Below are positions 9,323 through 19,218 of a stretch of 64,000 nucleotides of DNA, in pieces; within the stretch, counting starts at the first letter, position 1, and each line of letters starts with the position of its first letter. The position numbers and the translations under genes were made by a program. Source of the DNA: a bacterium (GTDB taxonomy: Bacteria; Electryoneota; Electryoneia; Electryoneales; Electryoneaceae); contig OY769902.1 of assembly GCA_963669175.1 (NCBI GenBank), positions 1,696,001 through 1,760,000 of the forward strand, in the 5' to 3' direction. Under the pieces are notes generated by a model. That model was not told the origin of the DNA and made no database searches. It worked only from the letters and a program-made list of their open reading frames with translations.

Positions 9323-10813
9323 ATGACAGATGTGCCTGCACGCCATGATGCACCGGGTCCGGTAGTTATTACGGACGATGATCCAGCCCAGATTCGCCTG
9401 CTTGAGCACCATATCGCACGGTTGGGATACGAGACCGAATCCTTCCAGTCCGGGGAAGACTTGTTGGAAAGCATCAGCGCCGGGTTAAAGCCGGGGTGCG
9501 TTCTCCTGGATTTGATGATGCCGGGGATCGGGGGCGAGGAGACCCTGAAACGCCTGTCGGTGATGGATGCCGAGATTCCGGTGATCATCGCCAGCGCCCA
9601 GGAGAAGGTGGATGTCGCCATCCGGGTGATGAAACTCGGGGCGTTTGACTATGTTGTGAAACCATTACAACGGGCGGACCTGGAGATCCTGCTACGGAAC
9701 GCCCTGGAACGCCGGGCCATGTCGCTGGAACTCTCACGTTTGCGTGAACAAGTACGTCAGGCCAATGCTTTTGACCGGATGATCGGACGTTCCCCTGCGA
9801 TGAAACGTGTCTTCGCACTTCTCGAAAAAACCCTTCGTAACGATATCACAGTGCTGGTGCTTGGTGAGTCGGGGACTGGAAAAGAACTGGTTGCCCGCGC
9901 CATCCACCAATATGGCCTGCGTTCATCCAAACCGTTTGTCGTTGTCAATTGTGCGGCCATTCCCAAGGAACTGGTAGAATCAGAACTGTTCGGCCATGAG
10001 AAAGGTTCGTTTACCGGTGCAGTAGCACGGAAAATCGGGAAATTTGAGCAGGCGGATGAAGGGACCATCTTCCTGGACGAAATCGGGGAACTGGCGCTCC
10101 CGGTTCAGGCCAAACTTCTACGGGTTTTGCAGGAACGTGAAATCGAGCGAGTCGGCGGCACACACACAATACCGGTGAATGTCCGGGTTATCGCTGCTAC
10201 CAAACAGGAGTTGCCGGATATGGTAGCCGCCGGCAGTTTTCGTGAGGATTTGTTCTACCGTATCAACACGTTTCAGGTTGATCTTCCGCCCCTGCGCGAC
10301 CGACGGGAAGATATTCCCATCCTCATCAATCACTTCATTGATAAGCATCGGTCATCATTGGGAAACAGTACGCTATCCGGTATTGATAAAGATGCCATGA
10401 TCCGGCTGATACACTATGACTGGCAGGGCAATGTTCGCCAGTTGGAAAATGTGATCGCGCGTGCAATAGTGCTGGCTGAGCAGGATCTGATCATGCCATC
10501 TGATCTACCACCCGAGATCGGCGGGGTTGAGGTCAGTGATGATGTTGACTATGCGGAAGAAGAGCCCCTTTCACGAGCTACCGCCCAGGAGTTTGTCTTG
10601 AGGAACAGCGACCCTGCGCTGGTGCCTCTTTTTAATAATCCCGACGATATCCTCCCATTGGAAGAGGTTAAGGAGCGGGTATTCAGAAGGGCCTGGGAGG
10701 TGTGTGATGGCAACACATCGCTTGCCGCGAAAAAACTTGACATCGGACGCGCTACTGCTTTTCGTTTTGTCGATCAATACGGGCTGAGAAGAGAAGCGAA
10801 TTCGGATATGTGA
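9323..10813 (+). CDS. NtrC-family sigma-54-dependent response regulator (REC + AAA+ + Fis-type HTH)
   Basis: REC 'DDD...LDLMMPG...KP', Walker A 'GESGTGKE', 'ESELFGHEKGSFTGA', 'FLDEIGE', 'FREDLFYR', 'WQGNVRQLEN', C-terminal HTH. Start placed at ATG 9323 after GGGAG. Confidence 0.95.
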   Translation: MTDVPARHDAPGPVVITDDDPAQIRLLEHHIARLGYETESFQSGEDLLESISAGLKPGCVLLDLMMPGIGGEETLKRLSVMDAEIPVIIASAQEKVDVAIRVMKLGAFDYVVKPLQRADLEILLRNALERRAMSLELSRLREQVRQANAFDRMIGRSPAMKRVFALLEKTLRNDITVLVLGESGTGKELVARAIHQYGLRSSKPFVVVNCAAIPKELVESELFGHEKGSFTGAVARKIGKFEQADEGTIFLDEIGELALPVQAKLLRVLQEREIERVGGTHTIPVNVRVIAATKQELPDMVAAGSFREDLFYRINTFQVDLPPLRDRREDIPILINHFIDKHRSSLGNSTLSGIDKDAMIRLIHYDWQGNVRQLENVIARAIVLAEQDLIMPSDLPPEIGGVEVSDDVDYAEEEPLSRATAQEFVLRNSDPALVPLFNNPDDILPLEEVKERVFRRAWEVCDGNTSLAAKKLDIGRATAFRFVDQYGLRREANSDM

Positions 10814-10862
10814 ACCAATGATCTCGGCAGTTTTCACGTTATGGTATTCGAGTATTTCACTA

Positions 10863-11233
10863 ATGGCATTTACAAATGTGATATTTGATAGAACGGAAAG
10901 GGCAAGAACCACGGAAGTGGTTCTCTGAATTAGCCCACCGTCCAGCGCCGTCTGTTTGGCGCTCACGGTAGGAAAAGGATGCGTTCACTTTGCCAACTCC
11001 GGCAGCGAGTTGCCTAATGGCTTGTGCTGTATATTTATGATAATACAAAGATTAATCCTGTTTGCTGTCGATTCGCGATATTGTGAATTGTGTTGAGAAA
11101 ATACTTCCAATTTTGGATTATTGCTTTATCCAACCCGCTTCGGGGTTGAAAAAGAGGTGTCTTTCTACCCGGGGTGCGCGCTAAAAAGACAGCGCGTACC
11201 CCGGGCTCACTTATTGTACTCCTTCGGAGTACC
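10863..11233. repeat. REPIN-like doublet of TAG-type palindromic units in inverted orientation
   Basis: The left unit (about 10863-11035) is an inverted copy of about 59325-59526. The right unit (about 11127-11233) has hairpin CCCGGGGT-GCGCGCT-AAAAAGAC-AGCGCGT-ACCCCGGG flanked by small hairpins. Confidence 0.75.
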
Positions 11234-11493
11234 CCGGTGTCTGGCTGTTCAGTCGGGTATCAGGTCGGTCTGTTCCGTCAAGTTGGCTGATCAGTCGGGC
11301 AATCAGATCTGGCTGTTAGGTAGGAAAGTCATAAAAGGTAGTTGGGGATAGCTATCAGGTCAGTCTGTTTGAGGTTGTTCAGAATTCTGTTCATGAATTC
11401 CTGTTAGATTTCCGGATGGACAGGCATACGCCGGTTGGCGCACAGGTGTCCGGGGCAACAATCTACCTTCTTTACTTTTTTACTTCTTCCCCC

Positions 11494-11652
11494 TGTGATT
11501 TTGAACAACACCCTCCTGCAAGTGTGTTAGAAATCACACAATAACGGAATTGCAATCTGGTAAGGAAAATATAATAATTCTATAAATATTAAATGGTAAT
11601 GCTCTACGGAATGTGCAATCAGTCTGAGAAGTCAATTGGCACATGGGTTGCG
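11494..11652 (+). promoter_or_regulatory. Sigma-54 promoter with candidate enhancer pair
   Basis: TTGGCACATGGGTTGCG at 11636-11652 (GG-N10-GC). AT-rich tract at about 11565-11600. Inverted pair TGTGATTTTGAACA (11494) / TGTTAGAAATCACA (11525). Confidence 0.75.
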
Positions 11653-11695
11653 AAACATGATTGCAGCGGAGCCATGTGTACAATTGGAGGATCTC

Positions 11696-12664
11696 ATGCA
11701 CAACCGTAAAAATTTCTGGCTGTTCCTGCTTTTTATCCCCGCATTCCTGGTGCCGGTGGTAGCGATAGGTAGTACCGCGACTGGTATAGACCTTTCGGGC
11801 GACCAGCCGATCGCGTTTCGGGCCCAATCCGGACCGATGATGGATGGCCCGGTTGAAAAGGTACGTGAAGCCATCAAGAAGGTCGCATCGGGCGCTTCTG
11901 AAGACTTTTCATCCGTTTCCATGGATGACGAGGAAGAGGATGAAGATGATGATGCGTATGAATGGCATCGTTGGGGAAAAGACAAGAAGGAACGGCATTA
12001 CGACCGTTTTCATGGCATGGGCGGCTTCATTGTAAGCTACCAGATGTTCAGCTCGGATGACCTGGATAAACTGGCTGACCAGATGGGTGTGGAGCGTCTT
12101 GACGGTGGCATGGTTACCTTCGGCGGCTTCGGCATGGGGTATGTGGGTCGTGGCTGGTACATCGGCGGTGGTGGTTTCGGTGGTTATACGCGCTCAACCG
12201 GAGTATATGTCGATACCAATGGCGACTCGTACAACCGTGAGCTTGGCGTCGGCTTCGGCGGCGGTGGTTTCATGTTTGAATACGCTCCCCTGATGCTGGG
12301 GCCGGTGAATATCGGCGCGGGGGCGCTGGTCGGTGGTGGCGGCCTGTATGTACGGATGATACAGGATACAGGCATTTACACATGGGATGACCTGAGCCGT
12401 CCCTATTGGGATGACCCTGTGGCCTATGATGCCGAGAACACGGAGACCGAGATTGACCAGGGCTTCTTCCTGTTCCAGCCTTATGTCAGTGCACGTATCA
12501 AGGCGCTTGACTGGATGGGATTCACCGCATCAGTAGGATACAATCTGACAGCGGTAGGAGAAGGCAAAGACTGGTATTTCAACGATACAGAGATCAAGGG
12601 CGGTGGCCCTGACGTGTCTGCCAGTAATGTATTCTATCGTGTCGGTGTCATCTTCGGTGGATGA
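11696..12664 (+). CDS. Exported glycine-rich protein, probable outer-membrane beta-barrel
   Basis: RBS GGAGG, signal peptide, acidic linker, alternating aromatic/Gly strands, C-terminal 'VFYRVGVIFGG'. Confidence 0.7.
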   Translation: MHNRKNFWLFLLFIPAFLVPVVAIGSTATGIDLSGDQPIAFRAQSGPMMDGPVEKVREAIKKVASGASEDFSSVSMDDEEEDEDDDAYEWHRWGKDKKERHYDRFHGMGGFIVSYQMFSSDDLDKLADQMGVERLDGGMVTFGGFGMGYVGRGWYIGGGGFGGYTRSTGVYVDTNGDSYNRELGVGFGGGGFMFEYAPLMLGPVNIGAGALVGGGGLYVRMIQDTGIYTWDDLSRPYWDDPVAYDAENTETEIDQGFFLFQPYVSARIKALDWMGFTASVGYNLTAVGEGKDWYFNDTEIKGGGPDVSASNVFYRVGVIFGG

Positions 12665-12749
12665 CAGGCAGGCATTGACAAACGCTGAAAATCGTGAGTC
12701 GGTTCAACATAAAGATGTAAACGTCTGCAAGACGGACTCTGGACAAACG

Positions 12750-12780
12750 AATGCCCCGGTACCCTGAAACCGGGGCGTTT
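12750..12780 (+). terminator. Intrinsic terminator
   Basis: Hairpin AATGCCCCGGT...ACCGGGGCGTTT between convergent genes. Confidence 0.6.
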
Positions 12781-12865
12781 GCTGTTTGTGGCAGGAAGGA
12801 TTCTTCCTACAGGGTGACACTGAAAGGATAGACATCAAATACAATATGAATACGGATGGCACAGC

Positions 12866-13990
12866 TTATCCCCTGAATCCCATAGCACGCCAGACACGGA
12901 ACTGGTTTTCTACCAATTCTGACGGTGAGGGTTCCTGCAGAATCCGCCGGTAGGCATTCTGTCCCATGGCGCGGGCATCATCCATGTTACGGGCCAGTTG
13001 GAGCAGAACTGACGCGTAATGTGCCGGATTACGTGTGCCGATCAGCGATCCGCTCTTGCCATCTTCCACCAACCTGGCAATGTCGCCGACCCGGGCGCAT
13101 ACGGAAGGCCGTGCAGCGATCATGGCTTCAAGCAGCGCGTTGGGCGTGCCTTCGTAGTGAGAAGTCAGCAGGAAAACGTGGGATCGTGCCAGCACCGCCG
13201 GGATATCATCCTGAAAGCCCAGGAATTCCACGTTGTCCTGTATAGCCAGGTCCTGTGCCAGTGTCCTCAGCCGTGCTTCTTCCACACCACGTCCGCACAG
13301 CAGAAAGCGCCAGGGATTCTTGTACTGTTTAGCAAAATGTGACAAGCTTCTAAAAGCGAGATCCCAATCCTTTTCCGGGTTCAATCTGCCGATTCCAATA
13401 ATCGTGAAGGCATCATCCTGCGGCCATGCAGGCGCTGGGCGAGAGCGGTCCACATCAACTGCGTTGGGAACAAACTCAACCTGTTTCGGCGCAAAGGGAC
13501 CATGAATCTGTTGCAGGCGTGCGGCTGTATCGGCGCTGTTGGCGAGGATTGTACCGGGATAGCGTACGCATAATCCGGAAAGAAGCCGACCATTGGCGCG
13601 GATCATGGCGTTCCAGTCGCTGCGAATGCTGCCGGTTACCAGCGCAGGTATGCTTCGCGCTGCCAACCAGGTTGGAAAGTTGGTGTAGAATGCCATGGAA
13701 TGGACAATCTCGGGGCGTGCAGTTGTCAGCAGACGTCGAAGCATCCGGACTTTCCCCCAAGAATTCAACCCGGCCGGAATCGGGATCACATCGACACCAA
13801 GCTCACGCCAGACCGGCATCCAGGGTGAATCTTCCTTATGGGTGAAAGAGACCACCAGGGGCTTATACCGGTCAATGTCCACGTGGGACAGGATATGGTT
13901 TAACTGACGTTCTATGCCGCCATCATCGAGGTTCCCGACAACATATACCAGACGGTTGTGGTTGGATCCCGGATGGTCTGCTGGCGTCAT
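12866..13990 (-). CDS. Glycosyltransferase family 4 (GT-B)
   Basis: 'GGIERQL', 'GRLNPEKD', 'TSHYEGTPNALLEAM' (EX7E motif). Confidence 0.92.
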   Translation of the reverse strand: MTPADHPGSNHNRLVYVVGNLDDGGIERQLNHILSHVDIDRYKPLVVSFTHKEDSPWMPVWRELGVDVIPIPAGLNSWGKVRMLRRLLTTARPEIVHSMAFYTNFPTWLAARSIPALVTGSIRSDWNAMIRANGRLLSGLCVRYPGTILANSADTAARLQQIHGPFAPKQVEFVPNAVDVDRSRPAPAWPQDDAFTIIGIGRLNPEKDWDLAFRSLSHFAKQYKNPWRFLLCGRGVEEARLRTLAQDLAIQDNVEFLGFQDDIPAVLARSHVFLLTSHYEGTPNALLEAMIAARPSVCARVGDIARLVEDGKSGSLIGTRNPAHYASVLLQLARNMDDARAMGQNAYRRILQEPSPSELVENQFRVWRAMGFRG

Positions 13991-15546
13991 TGACCTCCTC
14001 CGAAAACCAGGGGAATCTGGTATCGCAGGTAAGCCGTATAGGTTTCAAGGTCGCTGTTGAAGGTTCCATCGGTGTTGCTGTCCAGATCCATATGTGTTTC
14101 CAAGCCAAGCTGCAGGCCCGGTAAAGGTTCCGCGGAAATGTCAAGCCGTAAATACGTATTCTCGTGGTAACGTCCGGACGGGAAAGGCTGATCAATAAAC
14201 GAATCGGCAAAATCGGAATACGGATCGTTGATAATGGAATTCTCGCCCCACCTGTACGAACCGTACGCTGCCTCAAGGATCATGGGCCAGCCGAATACCA
14301 TGCGGCCACCCACTTCGTACCGGTCCGCATCGTTGCCGATGGGGTGGAACAGCAGTTCACCACGGGACACAAAATTATTGGTGCCGACAAAATGCTGGAG
14401 GGTATAGGTGTTGATCCGGAGATATTCGCTGAACAGGGTCACGCCCATCCAGCGCGAGCGAGCGAATTGCGGTGTCCAGGCCAGCCGTCCCAGGTATGCC
14501 ATGTTGTCCGGACGGCCCTCTTCACGATCCTCATCGTCAAGCTGGAATTCATCCATTAAAAGGGTGGTGCTGATACGGAGCTGGTTGAATGCATACCAGT
14601 CCAGGTAGGATACCCAGACAGCATTGTTGAAATCGGCGGAAGTCGCATTGGAACGGTTATTCTGGTCCGTTTCAAGGTGCAGGGCAATGGGATTGAGGAA
14701 GGCCAAATCAAGCGGACGGTCGATTCCTGACAGAATCGTGATTTCACCCAACCCAAGCAGGAAGTTCTTCCCGTTGGAATATTCCAGCATACGTCCGGAG
14801 ATATACCGCTGGAACACATTTTGGGTGCCCGGTTCTTCATAGGCTTCCAGGAAACCGTAGAAGTAACGAGCTTTCATCTTCCAGAAGGAAAGGGTTACCG
14901 ATAGTCTTTCGTAGGACGGCTGATTGGCGGAGAGGACCAGGTTATTCTCGGTGAGCGGTCCCCAGATATTACGGTTGCGCCCGTACTCCACCTGGTACCA
15001 ATCGCCTTTTATCCCCAGGTAAGCCTGGTCAAACTCACCGGTATCGAACCCGAAACGGCTCCGGTCACGCGCCACTCCGGTAAAATGCGGCATGCTGGCG
15101 GCTTCGTTGGTTGCCTGGGAATAAATGCCACCGTAGATATTTTCATGGAAGATAAAATTGACCAGCATACGTGGCTGAAGTGCGACGTCGTCATAGGTTT
15201 TTGCATCGCCGGATTGTGAGGCGAAGCCCAGGCCGGGCATGGCAACCACACCGATGCCGTTACGCGACTTATCGCGTGCCGCATCAATCTTGCTGCCCCA
15301 GCGGTCGAACGATTTCAACATCCAACGGTAGGCTGTATGTTCCGATTCCCAGCGTACTCCTTTTGCCGGGAGCGGATGCTCGAGCTGCTGATCCTCCCAG
15401 AAGTAGCCTGCATCCAGCAGGTACTCGGTCCGTTTGGAATATTCAAAGTCAAGCGGAAATACCTGCGCCAGTCCCGTCTGTGCCAGGAGAACTAGCAGTA
15501 TCAGCCCAAGTACACCTTTACCTGTCAGTTCATGCTTTGAATTCAT
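13987..15546 (-). CDS. wzi: Capsule assembly Wzi-family outer-membrane protein
   Basis: Signal peptide after start 15546, 'GRNRNIWGP...NLVLS', 'GLGEITI...AFLNPI', 'HPIGNDAD'; lies in a glycosyltransferase cluster. Confidence 0.75.
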   Translation of the reverse strand: MNSKHELTGKGVLGLILLVLLAQTGLAQVFPLDFEYSKRTEYLLDAGYFWEDQQLEHPLPAKGVRWESEHTAYRWMLKSFDRWGSKIDAARDKSRNGIGVVAMPGLGFASQSGDAKTYDDVALQPRMLVNFIFHENIYGGIYSQATNEAASMPHFTGVARDRSRFGFDTGEFDQAYLGIKGDWYQVEYGRNRNIWGPLTENNLVLSANQPSYERLSVTLSFWKMKARYFYGFLEAYEEPGTQNVFQRYISGRMLEYSNGKNFLLGLGEITILSGIDRPLDLAFLNPIALHLETDQNNRSNATSADFNNAVWVSYLDWYAFNQLRISTTLLMDEFQLDDEDREEGRPDNMAYLGRLAWTPQFARSRWMGVTLFSEYLRINTYTLQHFVGTNNFVSRGELLFHPIGNDADRYEVGGRMVFGWPMILEAAYGSYRWGENSIINDPYSDFADSFIDQPFPSGRYHENTYLRLDISAEPLPGLQLGLETHMDLDSNTDGTFNSDLETYTAYLRYQIPLVFGGGQ

Positions 15547-16747
15547 CTGCAATAGCTTGAACGCTTTCCACGACATAATCAACCTCGTCATCACGCATGG
15601 TTGGGAAGATCGGTAGAGAAATCAGTCTCGGCCACCAGGCGGCAGCATTTGGGAAATCAGAAGCTTTGTATCCGTATGTATTCACATAGTATGGATGCAT
15701 GTGCAGCGGTAGATAATGAACCGAACAGAATACTTCGCGTTTTACCAACTCGTCAATAAATGCCGCCCGGTCAATACGCAGTGTGTCCAGGTTCAGGCCA
15801 ATCTCATACAGGTGCCAGGAATGTTGATGTGTTTCCGGCGAATCAGGCGGTAAATGAATAGCAGCGCACTCAGCAAGACCGGCGTTCAAGCGTGTCGCCA
15901 CACGAAGCCTTTCTGCCAGCAGTTCATCCGCGCGCTCCAATTGGTGAAGGCCCAAAGCGCCAGCGAGATCGGTCATGTTGTACTTGTATCCCGGTGCGAT
16001 AATCTCGTAATACCAGGATCCGATTTGCTGGAATCGCTTCCACGCATCCCGGCTCATGCCATGCAGGGACATCACCTGCATACGTTCTGCCAGTTCATCA
16101 TCGTCGGTTATCGCCATGCCACCTTCGCCGGTGGTGATGCACTTGTTGGCATAGAAGGAGAAGCAGCCAACTTTCCCGAAACGGCCGGCATCTTTCCAGT
16201 CACCGTTCGTCGTTTTGAATTTGCTGGGGAAGGCGTGGGCAGCATCTTCAACAATCGTCAGATCGTGCTGTTCGGCAATGGCTGTGATTTTATCCATGTC
16301 ACAGCAATATCCGCCATAATGCATTGGAATGACTGCTTTCAGCGGACCATACTGGGAAGGAGAAAGACCGGCTGTCGGTTTGCCGCTTTCCAGGTCCAGA
16401 ATGGTCTTTTCCAAAGCCTCCGGGTCCATGCACCAGGTATCATCACAGTCGACAAAGACAGGGATGGCGCCAAAATAGCGTACAACTTCCGCAGTAGCGG
16501 CGAAAGTCAGTGTCGGCGCCAGGACCATATCGCCCTGCTTAATCCCGATCGCTTCCAGGGCAAGGTGCATGGCAGCGGTACATGAATTCACTGCAATGGC
16601 GTGTTTTACACCCAGGCGTTCAGCAAAGTTCTTTTCAAACTGTTTTACTTTCGGGCCGGTTGTCAGCCACCCGTTCCGAAGCGAATCGGTCACTTCGGCA
16701 ATCTCAGTTTCGCTCAATTCGACACGAAAAAAAGGGACACCACTCAT
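15530..16747 (-). CDS. DegT/DnrJ/EryC1/StrS PLP-dependent sugar aminotransferase
   Basis: 'GWLTTGPKV', 'NSCTAAMHLAL', 'EDAAHA', 'FSFYANKCITTGEGG', 'GYKYNMTD'. Start at ATG 16747. Confidence 0.95.
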   Translation of the reverse strand: MSGVPFFRVELSETEIAEVTDSLRNGWLTTGPKVKQFEKNFAERLGVKHAIAVNSCTAAMHLALEAIGIKQGDMVLAPTLTFAATAEVVRYFGAIPVFVDCDDTWCMDPEALEKTILDLESGKPTAGLSPSQYGPLKAVIPMHYGGYCCDMDKITAIAEQHDLTIVEDAAHAFPSKFKTTNGDWKDAGRFGKVGCFSFYANKCITTGEGGMAITDDDELAERMQVMSLHGMSRDAWKRFQQIGSWYYEIIAPGYKYNMTDLAGALGLHQLERADELLAERLRVATRLNAGLAECAAIHLPPDSPETHQHSWHLYEIGLNLDTLRIDRAAFIDELVKREVFCSVHYLPLHMHPYYVNTYGYKASDFPNAAAWWPRLISLPIFPTMRDDEVDYVVESVQAIADEFKA

Positions 16748-16851
16748 TGTCCCGCCTTCCTGAAAAAATGTCAATGACAAACGTGCAACACGACAAAGTT
16801 GCACGTATTCCACTACTACTCACGGAAAACTATTTTCCGTTTTTACAAAGG

Positions 16852-19158
16852 CTACCAGATATCGAGTTTTTCCGGCATGTTGTAAGAAACTGCACAGATT
16901 ACTTCATCCCACTGGGTTAAGACTGTTGACCAGTCACACTTCTGTACAGTATCCAGCCCGTTGCGGGTTATTTTCCTGTATAGCTCATCATCTTCGATCA
17001 GGTCAATGATGTATTTGGCCATTTGCTTGTCATCATTATCATTTACCAACAGGCAGTCGTGGTCATGTTTGACCATGTAGCTGATCCCACCGACATTGGT
17101 ACTGACGACCGGGATGTTGCATGCCATGGATTCCAGAAGGCTGACCGGTGTATTGTCAATGTGCGTCGGGTTCACGAAAATGTCCATCTTCTTCAGAACA
17201 GCGGGCACTTCCTTGAATGGAATTCCACCCAGGAATTCAACATTCTTGTCCAGCTTACGTTCCTGGACCTCGCGTTCCAGGCTTTTCTGGTAGGCTGGAT
17301 CTTTTACCGGACCGATAATATGCAGCATCGTATCCGGGTACTTCATACAGACACGCTCAATTGCGCGTATTGCCATTTTGACATTGTAGAGCGAAATGAT
17401 TGAACGCAAGTAGACGATATTTTTCCTGTTATCCTTCATCGTGATTTTTTCATACATATCCACATCAAGCGCATTGGGGATGGTAATAATATCGCCACGG
17501 TACTGAATCAACTGCTGACGCAGGTAGTTTGATGGCGCAACAGATGTGTTTGCGAGGCTAAGGAAGTAGCGGACAATCTTCGGCCTGCGTTTGGCAAGGG
17601 CAGGTAGATTGCCGCCATGAAGAACATGGATATATGGCTTGTTCAGGAAGCTCAGGACCATCGAAGTGACTGCGGCCCACAGGAATGACTTCGAGCTGAA
17701 GACATCAATGAAGGCGATATCATAGTCTTTCTTGAACCTGATCAGCTTGTACACCATATCATAAGCGCGCAAATAAGGATTGGATATGGTGGATGCATGG
17801 TAAACCTGGTAACCATGACGTCCCAGATGAGTCATAAGTTCTTCGCTGGCCTGCCGGTAACCGGGTACATGAGACAGGTGATTGCCAATAAAGAATAGTC
17901 TGGGCCGGTTTTGATTAAAGCGTTTTATATGAAGTTTTGCCAGTTGATTGATATGGCTGGCAAATCGCCTTCCGTTTACTTTGCTGTCAGCCAGTTGCTC
18001 AATGCGTTTTCGTCCCAGTACCGAAAGTCTTGAGCGTAATTCCGGGCTATCAAGCACCTGCTCGATACGATCAGCAATAGCATCCGCATCACGTGGCGGG
18101 AAAAGAAGTCCATACTTGCTATTTCCCAGAAGTTCCGGGATGCAGGTAATAACTGAAGCAGCAACAGGAGTACCGAGCGACATGGCCTCTTTCAATACGG
18201 TGGGCATCGAATCACCCAGCATGGATGATGGATGTACCAGCATTGTGGCTCTTTTCATGGTGGCGTGAACAAAATCGTTCGGTTGCCAACCATAAAAAGT
18301 TGTCCGGTCCTGAATGCCAAGGTCAGCAGTCAGTTTTCTAAGCGCTTTTCCTTCCTTACCATCACCGATCAATTCAAGATTGACGTAGCGTCCCCGTTGT
18401 TTCAAAATATGTATGGCTTCAATCAGGTAATTAAATCCCTTGTTGTAGTCCATCCCGCCGACTGCTACAATAAGGTCTTCTTTCCGCTTTCCGGTATAGC
18501 AGGAAAAATCTTCTATATCAATTCCAAGTATATGAAGATAAATTTTATGCTTAATCTTGTCATAGACTTTGGGGAATTTTTTTGACAAGTATAATTTATT
18601 GTATTTACAGACAGTAACAATGCTGTCTGCATATAAAAGTTTCTTCTCCATAATAATAGGTGTTCGATATAAATCTGTTCCGGCATGAAGAAACATCACA
18701 AAAGGCGAAGATGATTTCATCAATTTGTGAAAAAAGATAGAACTGGTTGCCGAGTAATTACCCCAATAAGAAATAGTCATGTCGTACTTATTGGTGTTTT
18801 TATTGGCGTAAACAGCACCAAGCAACAATGAATAGATGCTCTTGGCAGTAGCAACCGGCCCATAGGGTAAACTGTGAGGTATAATGTACAATATCTCGAA
18901 AAGTAACCTGAACATTATAAATATGTTAAGTCTAAAGAAAGAAAATATTGCCTTCAGATAGGAATAATGAAAGATTCGATCTCGTCTTAAAACTTCCGGG
19001 CCAAGGTAGTCCGGAACATAGCGGAAAAGGTCTGCTTCGAGTGGACGAAGTGTGTAAATGTCTACCTCGTGCCCCGCATCAATCAGTGTGCGAATGTCCC
19101 GCGAGAAAAAGGTACTCACGCGTGCGGGAAACGCATTGGAAAAAACCGCTATCTTCAC
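16852..19158 (-). CDS. Tandem double GT4 glycosyltransferase (two GT-B modules fused)
   Basis: 768 aa with two donor-binding motifs, 'DSMPTVLKEAM' and 'DNTPVSLLESM'; GTG start. Confidence 0.88.
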   Translation of the reverse strand: MKIAVFSNAFPARVSTFFSRDIRTLIDAGHEVDIYTLRPLEADLFRYVPDYLGPEVLRRDRIFHYSYLKAIFSFFRLNIFIMFRLLFEILYIIPHSLPYGPVATAKSIYSLLLGAVYANKNTNKYDMTISYWGNYSATSSIFFHKLMKSSSPFVMFLHAGTDLYRTPIIMEKKLLYADSIVTVCKYNKLYLSKKFPKVYDKIKHKIYLHILGIDIEDFSCYTGKRKEDLIVAVGGMDYNKGFNYLIEAIHILKQRGRYVNLELIGDGKEGKALRKLTADLGIQDRTTFYGWQPNDFVHATMKRATMLVHPSSMLGDSMPTVLKEAMSLGTPVAASVITCIPELLGNSKYGLLFPPRDADAIADRIEQVLDSPELRSRLSVLGRKRIEQLADSKVNGRRFASHINQLAKLHIKRFNQNRPRLFFIGNHLSHVPGYRQASEELMTHLGRHGYQVYHASTISNPYLRAYDMVYKLIRFKKDYDIAFIDVFSSKSFLWAAVTSMVLSFLNKPYIHVLHGGNLPALAKRRPKIVRYFLSLANTSVAPSNYLRQQLIQYRGDIITIPNALDVDMYEKITMKDNRKNIVYLRSIISLYNVKMAIRAIERVCMKYPDTMLHIIGPVKDPAYQKSLEREVQERKLDKNVEFLGGIPFKEVPAVLKKMDIFVNPTHIDNTPVSLLESMACNIPVVSTNVGGISYMVKHDHDCLLVNDNDDKQMAKYIIDLIEDDELYRKITRNGLDTVQKCDWSTVLTQWDEVICAVSYNMPEKLDIW

Positions 19159-19218
19159 AATACAACTCCAGTGGTGTTAAAAAAAAACCCTGCAAACCGA
19201 ATAAAGCATAGCCGAGTA

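Noticed and set aside
10947-10957. Neisseria-type DNA uptake sequence (GCCGTCTG similarity)
   Set aside because: Only some copies have the GCC prefix, which belongs to the stem; the conserved part is the loop, and it is not abundant in coding DNA here.
10860-11048. Pair of similar short ORFs (10860-11048 and 59366-59605)
   Set aside because: The similarity comes from the non-coding palindromic repeat they overlap; there is no independent coding evidence.
11236-11375. Repeat array of CTGGCTG/TCAGTCGGG/TATCAGGTC fragments
   Set aside because: The fragments recur without a regular period; too weak to call.
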